From Abditibacterium sp. (lineage in GTDB: Bacteria > Armatimonadota > Abditibacteriia > Abditibacteriales > Abditibacteriaceae), in NCBI GenBank assembly GCA_965246885.1, contig OZ251992.1, positions 2,976,001 to 3,040,000 on the forward strand: 64,000 bases of DNA. Direction: 5' to 3'. Numbering within the stretch: the first letter of the stretch is position 1; every line of letters starts with the position of its first letter. Both the position numbers and the translations under genes were made by a program. The notes under the pieces were generated by a model. It was given only the letters and a program-made list of their open reading frames with translations. It was not told the origin of the DNA and ran no database searches. Shown here piece by piece: positions 57,163 to 64,000 of the stretch.

Positions 57163-60100
57163 ATGACGCAGCGAAACCCGGCAGTCGAGGACATCGAAAC
57201 CTACGCGCAAGACATCGTGGACACCGTGCGCGAGCCGCTTCTGATGCTCGATACCACGCTAAGGGTGCGAAGTGCCAATCGCGCGTTTTACCAGACGTTC
57301 CAAGTCTCGCCGGGGGAAACCGAGAACCGCCTCATCTACGAACTGGGCAACGGACAGTGGGACATTCCCGACTTACGCACGCTCTTGGAGGACGTGGTGC
57401 CCAAGAGTTCGGTTTTCAATGACTTTGAACTCGAGCACACGTTTCCCATCATCGGGCGTCGTGTGATGCTGCTCAACGCCCGCAAGTTGCGGGCGGGCAG
57501 CCATGCCGAACTGCTGGTGTTGGCGATGGAGGACGTAACCGAGCGGCGCCGCGCCGAGGAAGCCTTGCTTCAAGCAGGCGCGCTACAAAACGCCATCTTC
57601 AACAGCGCCAACTTTTCGAGCATCGCTACCGATGCCAAGGGCGTCATCCAAATTTTCAACGTCGGCGCCGAGCGGATGCTGGGCTACGCCGCGTCGGAAG
57701 TAACCAACCAAATCACCCCCGCCGACATTTCCGACCCGCAGGAGGTCATCGCCCGCGCCGCGTCGCTTTCTCTGGAACTGGCCACCCCAATTACGCCCGG
57801 CTTCGAGGCGCTCGTCTTTAAAGCGGCGCGCGGCATTGAGGACATCTACGAACTAACATACATCCGCAAAGACGGCAGCCGCTTTCCGGCGGTCGTGTCC
57901 GTGACCGCTCTCCGTGACGCCGGAGACGCCATCATCGGCTACCTGCTGATTGGCACCGATAACACCGCGCGCAAGCAGGTCGAGGAAGAGCAGAAGAAGT
58001 TAGACCAGCGCCTGCGCGACCAGCAGTTTTACACGCGCTCGCTCATCGAATCGAACATAGACGCCCTGATGACGACCGACCCGCGCGGCATTATCACCGA
58101 CGTGAACAAGCAGATGGAGGCCCTCACCGGTTGCACGCGCGACGAACTGATCGGCGCCCCGTTCAAGAACTACTTCACCGACGCCGAGCGCGCCGAAGCG
58201 GGCATCAAACTCGTGCTGTCCGAGAAGAAGCTGACCGATTATGAACTGACCGTGCGCGCGCGCGACGGTAAGAAGACCGTTGTTTCCTATAACGCGACCA
58301 CCTTCTACGACCGCGACCGCCAACTGCAAGGCGTTTTCGCCGCCGCGCGCGACGTGACTGCCCAAAAGCAGGCCTCACAATACGCGCGCTCACTCATCGA
58401 AGCCTCGCCCGACCCACTCGTCACCATCAGCGCGCAAGGCAAAATCACCGACGTAAACGAGGCGAGCGTGCAAGCGACGGGCGTGGCGCGCGAACAACTG
58501 ATTGGCACGGACTTTTCCGACTATTTCACCGAGCCAGACAAAGCGCGCGCCGGGTATCAGCAAGTCTTCTCCGAGGGCGTGGTGCGCGATTACCCCCTCG
58601 CCATCCACCATACGACGGGCCGCATCACCGACGTGCTTTACAACGCGAGCGTGTACAAGGACGACCGGGGCAACGTCTTGGGCGTTTTCGCCGCCGCCCG
58701 CGACGTGACCATCAGTAAACGCTTCGAGCAGTCGCTACGCGAAAGCAACGTCGAGTTGGAAAGCGCCATCGCGGGCGCCGCCAAAGCCAAGGAAGCCGCC
58801 GAAACCGCCAACAAAACCAAGAGCCTCTTCTTGGCCAACATGAGCCACGAACTGCGCACGCCGCTCAACGCCATCTTGGGCTACTCCGAGATGCTCCAAG
58901 AGGAAGCCGCCGACCAACAGTTGGACGACTTCGTGCCCGACTTGCAAAAGATTCATTCGGCGGGCAAGCACTTGCTCGCGCTGATTAACGACATCCTCGA
59001 CCTTTCCAAAATCGAGGCGGGCAAGATGGAACTGTTCTTGGAATCGTTCGACATCGCGGGCATGATAGACGAGATCGCTTCGACGGTGAAGCCGATGGTC
59101 GCCAAGAACGGCAATGCCCTTCACATCGAGCGCGCGGGCGACCTTGGCATCATGCGCGCCGACGGCATCAAAGTCCGGCAAGGCCTGTTCAACCTGCTGT
59201 CCAACGCCGCCAAGTTCACCGAAGGGGGCGACATCACCCTCGACGTGCGGCGCGAGGTGATGGACGGGCGCCCTTGGATCGTGTTTCGCGTCGTGGATAC
59301 CGGCATCGGATTGAGTCCCGAACAGATCGTCAAGCTGTTTCAGGACTTCACCCAAGCCGACGCTTCGACCACCCGCAAGTTCGGCGGGACGGGCCTCGGT
59401 TTGGCCCTGACGCGGCGCTTTTGCCAAATGATGGGCGGCGACGTGACCGTGCACAGCGTTAAAGGAGAGGGGAGTACCTTCACTATCAAGCTGCCCGCCG
59501 TTGTCGCCGACGCCAAGCCCGAACACCCCGACACGCACGCCGCCAGTGTGCTTAGCGTGCCCGATGCCGCCATGACCAACGGCTGCATCTTGGTCATAGA
59601 CGACGACGCGACGCAACGCGAACTCATGGAGCGGTTTCTTTCCAAGGAGGGCTTTTGCGTGCGCACGGCGGGCGGCGGCGAGGAGGGCTTGCGCTTGGCC
59701 CGACAACTGCATCCTGTCGCCATCACGCTGGACGTGATGATGCCCGACTTGGACGGTTGGAGCGTCCTGTCGGCCCTCAAAGCCGACGCCGCCCTGCGCG
59801 ATGTCCCCGTAATTATGGTGACGATGGTGGACGACCCCGACCGGGGCTACACCCTCGGCGCCGCCGAATACGCGACCAAACCGGTGGACAGACACCGCTT
59901 GGCGCTGATTCTCAAGAAATACACCTGCGCCAACCCGCCCTGCCCCGTCTTGCTCGTCGAAGACGACCCCGCCACCCGCGCCCAAACGCGCGCCATCCTC
60001 GAACGCGAAGGCTGGAAAGTCTCCGAAGCCGCCACCGCACGCGCCGCCTTGGAACAAATGGCGGCCAATCGCCCAGCGCTCATCCTGCTCGACCTGATGC

Positions 60101-60309
60101 TCTCCGGCGACGGCTTCGATTTCGTTGACGCGGTGCGCGCCCACCCCGAATGGCGCTCCATCCCAATCGTCGTCTTAACCGCGAAAGACTTGTCGAAAGG
60201 GGAACAAAAGCGCCTGAGCGGGTCGGTCGAGACCATCCTCCACAAAACCGACAACCCGCGCGAAGCGCTATTGGAGCAAGTGCGAGGGTTGGTAGCAGGG
60301 TGCAAATAG
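57163..60309 (+). CDS. Multi-PAS hybrid histidine kinase with two receiver domains
   Basis: Four PAS-like domains, [14 protein letters not shown], HATPase boxes and two REC domains. Confidence 0.95.
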   Translation: MTQRNPAVEDIETYAQDIVDTVREPLLMLDTTLRVRSANRAFYQTFQVSPGETENRLIYELGNGQWDIPDLRTLLEDVVPKSSVFNDFELEHTFPIIGRRVMLLNARKLRAGSHAELLVLAMEDVTERRRAEEALLQAGALQNAIFNSANFSSIATDAKGVIQIFNVGAERMLGYAASEVTNQITPADISDPQEVIARAASLSLELATPITPGFEALVFKAARGIEDIYELTYIRKDGSRFPAVVSVTALRDAGDAIIGYLLIGTDNTARKQVEEEQKKLDQRLRDQQFYTRSLIESNIDALMTTDPRGIITDVNKQMEALTGCTRDELIGAPFKNYFTDAERAEAGIKLVLSEKKLTDYELTVRARDGKKTVVSYNATTFYDRDRQLQGVFAAARDVTAQKQASQYARSLIEASPDPLVTISAQGKITDVNEASVQATGVAREQLIGTDFSDYFTEPDKARAGYQQVFSEGVVRDYPLAIHHTTGRITDVLYNASVYKDDRGNVLGVFAAARDVTISKRFEQSLRESNVELESAIAGAAKAKEAAETANKTKSLFLANMSHELRTPLNAILGYSEMLQEEAADQQLDDFVPDLQKIHSAGKHLLALINDILDLSKIEAGKMELFLESFDIAGMIDEIASTVKPMVAKNGNALHIERAGDLGIMRADGIKVRQGLFNLLSNAAKFTEGGDITLDVRREVMDGRPWIVFRVVDTGIGLSPEQIVKLFQDFTQADASTTRKFGGTGLGLALTRRFCQMMGGDVTVHSVKGEGSTFTIKLPAVVADAKPEHPDTHAASVLSVPDAAMTNGCILVIDDDATQRELMERFLSKEGFCVRTAGGGEEGLRLARQLHPVAITLDVMMPDLDGWSVLSALKADAALRDVPVIMVTMVDDPDRGYTLGAAEYATKPVDRHRLALILKKYTCANPPCPVLLVEDDPATRAQTRAILEREGWKVSEAATARAALEQMAANRPALILLDLMLSGDGFDFVDAVRAHPEWRSIPIVVLTAKDLSKGEQKRLSGSVETILHKTDNPREALLEQVRGLVAGCK

Positions 60310-60339
60310 ACCGTTGCCCGCGAGTGCCACACCACCACC

Positions 60340-60723
60340 ATGCCGAAAATCCTTTTAGTCGAAGACAACGAAATGAATCGCGATATGCTGTCCCGGCGCT
60401 TGGAGCGCAAGGGGTTCGTGGTCGTGCTGGCGGTGGACGGACAAAGCGGCGTGGAGATGGCGCGCGCCGAAGCGCCCGACTTGGTGCTGATGGACATGAG
60501 TTTGCCGGTCTTGGACGGTTGGGAAGCGACGCGCCGCCTCAAAGCGGACGCCGCGACGCGGCACATTCCCGTGATTGCGCTCACGGCGCACGCCATGTCG
60601 AGTGACCGCGAGAAAGCGCTCGAAGCGGGGTGCGACGATTACGATACTAAGCCCGTCGAACTGCCGCGCTTGTTGGAGAAAATCGCCGCCCTGTTGCCCG
60701 TCGCACGAGGAGACACCCCATGA
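60340..60723 (+). CDS. Single-domain response regulator (DivK-like)
   Basis: ILLVEDN, LMDMSLP, ALTAHA and TKP motifs. Confidence 0.95.
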   Translation: MPKILLVEDNEMNRDMLSRRLERKGFVVVLAVDGQSGVEMARAEAPDLVLMDMSLPVLDGWEATRRLKADAATRHIPVIALTAHAMSSDREKALEAGCDDYDTKPVELPRLLEKIAALLPVARGDTP

Positions 60724-62135
60724 CCCCGCCCCCCCGCCACCCCCTCCCTTCGGCGCTTCTCCACGACCTGCGCACTCCGCTCAACCACATCCTCGGCTAC
60801 ACCGAACTGCTGCTCGACGCCGCACCCGAAGACGAGGTCGCGGGCGATTTGGGGCGCATCCGCGCCGCCGGAAGCCAACTGCTCGCCATCATGGACTCCA
60901 ACTTCCAAGCGGTGCGCGCCTTGGATGTCGTCGCCGCGCAGGTCGCGGCGCCCCCGTTCCCCAAACTCGAAACTCCCACCGCGCCCCGCCCGTCGGCGCC
61001 GGGAACCGGGCGCGGCTTGCTACTTGTCGTGGACGACATGGACGCCAACCGCGAACTGTTGTGCGCGCGCCTCAAAGTCGAGGGCTATGCCACCGACACC
61101 GCCGAAAACGGGCGCGAAGCGTTGGAAATGGTCGCTGCCCGCCCCTTCGACATGGTGCTCCTCGACGTGATGATGCCCGAAATGGACGGCTTTGAAACGT
61201 TGCGCCTGCTCAAGGCCGACGAAGCGACGCGCCATATCCCGGTGATTATGATCTCGGCCATGAGCGAGTTGGACTCCGTCGTGCGCTGCATCGAACTGGG
61301 CGCCGAAGACTATCTTTCCAAGCCGTTCAACCCCGTGCTCCTGCGCGCGCGCATCGGCGCGGGCTTGGACAAAAAGCGCGCCCATGACCGCGAAGCGGCC
61401 TTGTTCGCCCAATTGCAGGACAACTTCAAACGCCTGCAAGAGTTGGAGCGCCAGCGCGACGACCTGACGCACATGATCATCCACGACCTGCGCACCCCGC
61501 TTACGTCGGTTATCGTCGGCATGGAAACCGTTGAACTGATGGGCGAACTCAACGCCGACCAGCACGAAATGCTCGCCATCGCCCTGTCCGGCGGCGCGAC
61601 GCTCCTTGGCATGATTAACGACTTGCTCGATGTCGAGAAGCTCGAATCGGGCGCCATGACGCTCGACATCGCGCCCATCGCGCCCGCCGAATTGGTCAAA
61701 TCCGCCCTCGCCCAAGTCGCCTCTCTTGCGGCGGGCAAGAGTTTGCTCATGGAAGCCCGCGTCGTTCCCGGCACCCCAGACTTCTCCGGCGACGCGGGCA
61801 AACTGCGCCGCGTTCTCGTCAACCTGTTGGGGAACGCCATCAAGTTCACCCCGTCCAACGGAGTCGTCTCCGTTGGAGTAGACCGCGACGCCGACGCCGA
61901 CCGCGTTTCCTTTGCCGTGCGCGATACCGGCGAAGGCATTCCTCCCGAAGCGTTCGGGCGCATCTTCGAGAAGTTCGGCCAAGTCGAAGCCCGCCAAGCC
62001 GGACGCGCCATGTCCACCGGGCTTGGCCTCACCTTTTGCAAATTAGCCGTCGAAGCGCACGGCGGCCAAATCACCGTCGAAAGCGAGTTGGGCGCGGGCA
62101 GCACCTTCCGGTTTTGGATTCCATTAGGGCAGTAG
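60720..62135 (+). CDS. HisKA-REC-HisKA-HATPase hybrid kinase
   Basis: N-terminal HDLRTPLNHILGY, REC (LLDVMMP), then HDLRTPL and ATPase boxes. Confidence 0.92.
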   Translation: MTPPPRHPLPSALLHDLRTPLNHILGYTELLLDAAPEDEVAGDLGRIRAAGSQLLAIMDSNFQAVRALDVVAAQVAAPPFPKLETPTAPRPSAPGTGRGLLLVVDDMDANRELLCARLKVEGYATDTAENGREALEMVAARPFDMVLLDVMMPEMDGFETLRLLKADEATRHIPVIMISAMSELDSVVRCIELGAEDYLSKPFNPVLLRARIGAGLDKKRAHDREAALFAQLQDNFKRLQELERQRDDLTHMIIHDLRTPLTSVIVGMETVELMGELNADQHEMLAIALSGGATLLGMINDLLDVEKLESGAMTLDIAPIAPAELVKSALAQVASLAAGKSLLMEARVVPGTPDFSGDAGKLRRVLVNLLGNAIKFTPSNGVVSVGVDRDADADRVSFAVRDTGEGIPPEAFGRIFEKFGQVEARQAGRAMSTGLGLTFCKLAVEAHGGQITVESELGAGSTFRFWIPLGQ

Positions 62136-62158
62136 CACCGCCCCCTTTTCGCCCACTC

Positions 62159-62491
62159 TTACGAAATAGCAAAGTGCTTTTCATCGCGCCTAAAGACACC
62201 CTTTTGGCAATAGGGGCAGTTCTCACCATCCAACTCGCAAGTGTCGCGGATGGAGGAGGATTTACAGGAAGGGCAAGTCGAACGGGGACGCCCGGAATCC
62301 ACTTTCAACGACTTGCCGCAAGACAGGCACAAAAAGGGCCAGTCGTTGCCGACACATCCGTCGCGCTTCGGGTCGGGATGATAAGCATAGCTTTTCTTTC
62401 CCTGCGCGTCGAAGTAATAGGGGTTGCCATCATCCCAACTCTCTATGCGCTTTGAACACTGGTTGCAAACGAAGGCGTGTTGTTGAGCCAT
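62159..62491 (-). CDS. Small protein with four CxxC motifs
   Basis: CNQC, CLSC, CPSC and CPYC. Confidence 0.72.
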   Translation of the reverse strand: MAQQHAFVCNQCSKRIESWDDGNPYYFDAQGKKSYAYHPDPKRDGCVGNDWPFLCLSCGKSLKVDSGRPRSTCPSCKSSSIRDTCELDGENCPYCQKGVFRRDEKHFAIS

Positions 62492-62509
62492 ATTTCTCTT
62501 TGTTCCTCT

Positions 62510-64000
62510 TTAGTTCAGCTTTATTGCTCCTTTCCACACCCCCGCGACTGCCTCGAAGTCGCTCCCATCCGGCAATTCCACGCGCGCGCTTGTGTTCGGC
62601 GGGACGACGAAGCGGTAGTTAAACTGGCCGTCTGCCAGTTCCCACGCGCTTTCGATGCGGCCATGCGGGGTGTCGAGGTGGGCTTTGGCGTGGGTAAGTT
62701 CGCCGCCCGGTCGGGGCTTCAGGAGGAAGCGTTGATAACCGGGGATGTGGGGGTCGAGGGCGATTCCGGCGACGTAACCATACAGCCACGCGCCGACGGC
62801 GCCGTAAGCATAGTGGTTGAAGGAGTTCATGCCCGCGTCCTGAAAGCCCCGGTCGTGCGTCCAGCCGTCCCAGCGCTCCCAAATGGTTGTCGCGCCTTGC
62901 GTGACGGCGTATAACCAACTCGGCCACTGCTTCTGGTGAAGCAGTATATACGCCGTGTCAAGGTGCCCCTCGCGCGTCAGCACGCCGTTGATGTAGGGCG
63001 AACCCACAAAGCCGGTCGAGAGTTTTCCGCCGCGCTTTTGGATTTCCGCCACCAACTCCGCCGCCAATTGGGGGCGCAATTCGTCCGGCACAAGATTAAA
63101 CTCTAAGGCCAGCAGATAGGGCGTTTGATACGGCGGACTGAGCTTTCCGGCGGGGGTCACGTAGCGCGCGCAAAAGGCCGCTTTGACGCTCTCGAAAAGC
63201 GCGGCGTATTTAGCGGCGTCCTCGGCGTGGCCCAACACGCCCGCGATTTGGTGCATTAGGTCGGCGGCGTGGGCGTAAAACGCCGTCCCGATGAGGTCGT
63301 TGGGCGTGCCGCCGAAGGTATCGCCTGAGCCATCAATGGCCAGCCAATCGCCAAAGCCCCGAAAGTAGCCGCAGCCATCGTAGCAACGGATGCTGTCTTT
63401 CGCCGTGCTCGTGAGGTACTCGACGAAGCGCGTCATCACGTCGTAGTTTTCCGCCAGCACCTTCACATCCCCCGTCGCGCGGTAGACCGTCCAAGGACAA
63501 ATCAGCGCGGCGTCGGCCCATGCGGGGCCGCCATCGGCGGACTCGCAGCGCCCCGTTGCGGCGTCCACCTCGTCGGTGCCCACGACTTGGATGTCGGGCA
63601 CCACGCAAGGGATGCAACCCGCTTTGGTTTGCGCGTCGCGCACTTGGCGCAGCCACTCGGCCCAGAAGCCGCGCGAGTCGCGGTTCCACAGCGCGGTTTC
63701 ACAAAACGCTTGGGCGTCGCCCGTCCAGCCCAAACGCTCGTCGCGCTGCGGGCAGTCGGTCGGAATATCGAGCGAGTTGCCTCTCCAACCCCAATCTATG
63801 TTGCTTTGCAGTTGGTTGATGAGCGGGTCAGAGCACTCGAAGTCGCCCGTGCGCGCTTGCTCGGTTCCCATCACCACGCCGGTCACGAACTCAAGCGGCG
63901 GCACTTCGCCTGCCTTGAGTGCGGGGGTCAGCCCCACCACTTCGACAAAGCGGAAGCCGTGAAAGGTGAACATCGGCTCCCACTCCTGCAAGTTCCCATC
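62510..64000 (-). CDS. Alpha-L-rhamnosidase (GH78), 5'-truncated by the window edge
   Basis: FTFHGFRFV, PTDCPQRDERLGWTGDA, GATTIWERW and MNSFNHYAYG motifs. Confidence 0.95.
   Translation of the reverse strand, partial: DGNLQEWEPMFTFHGFRFVEVVGLTPALKAGEVPPLEFVTGVVMGTEQARTGDFECSDPLINQLQSNIDWGWRGNSLDIPTDCPQRDERLGWTGDAQAFCETALWNRDSRGFWAEWLRQVRDAQTKAGCIPCVVPDIQVVGTDEVDAATGRCESADGGPAWADAALICPWTVYRATGDVKVLAENYDVMTRFVEYLTSTAKDSIRCYDGCGYFRGFGDWLAIDGSGDTFGGTPNDLIGTAFYAHAADLMHQIAGVLGHAEDAAKYAALFESVKAAFCARYVTPAGKLSPPYQTPYLLALEFNLVPDELRPQLAAELVAEIQKRGGKLSTGFVGSPYINGVLTREGHLDTAYILLHQKQWPSWLYAVTQGATTIWERWDGWTHDRGFQDAGMNSFNHYAYGAVGAWLYGYVAGIALDPHIPGYQRFLLKPRPGGELTHAKAHLDTPHGRIESAWELADGQFNYRFVVPPNTSARVELPDGSDFEAVAGVWKGAIKLN

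Noticed and set aside
58330..58710. Direct repeat GGCGTTTTCGCCGCC..CGCGACGTGAC in the hybrid kinase
   Set aside because: It is explained by tandem paralogous PAS/PAC domains ([10 protein letters not shown]).
1..64000. Prophage, integrase, IS transposase, tRNA or rRNA
   Set aside because: No recognisable motifs or structures were found by eye. A tRNAscan/Infernal run would be needed to exclude small RNAs fully.

Overview
A GC-rich (roughly 65%) bacterial chromosomal segment. The prepilin/DUF1559 (H-X9-DG) gene suggests an Armatimonadota/Abditibacteriota-like organism, but that is inference only. Housekeeping and metabolic genes include rsmI, clpB, a type-2 ileS, mgtE, rsmA, ispE, mobA, bioF, mug, rplI, the rhamnose isomerase and aldolase/dehydrogenase, hisA, miaB, and GH15 and GH78 hydrolases. 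Accessory modules are interspersed: a PIN toxin module, an ABC-ATPase + TOPRIM (DUF3226) defence-like pair, a frameshifted Schlafen/AlbA_2 gene, a split Mre11/Rad50-like pair and a three-gene phosphorelay. The main highlights are: (1) a cobalamin riboswitch controlling a type IV pilin-like DUF1559 protein rather than a known B12 transporter; (2) in-frame low-GC cores inside several high-GC genes; (3) a GVHH-motif IleRS2; (4) a HAIR-like operator at clpB; (5) a deaminase homologue that has lost its zinc ligands; (6) a 32-aa bS22-like ORF missing from the ORF track; (7) dispersed 21-bp and REP-like repeats; and (8) many apparently leaderless genes. I saw no rRNA, tRNA, CRISPR array or transposase. 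All family assignments come from motif recognition, not database searches.
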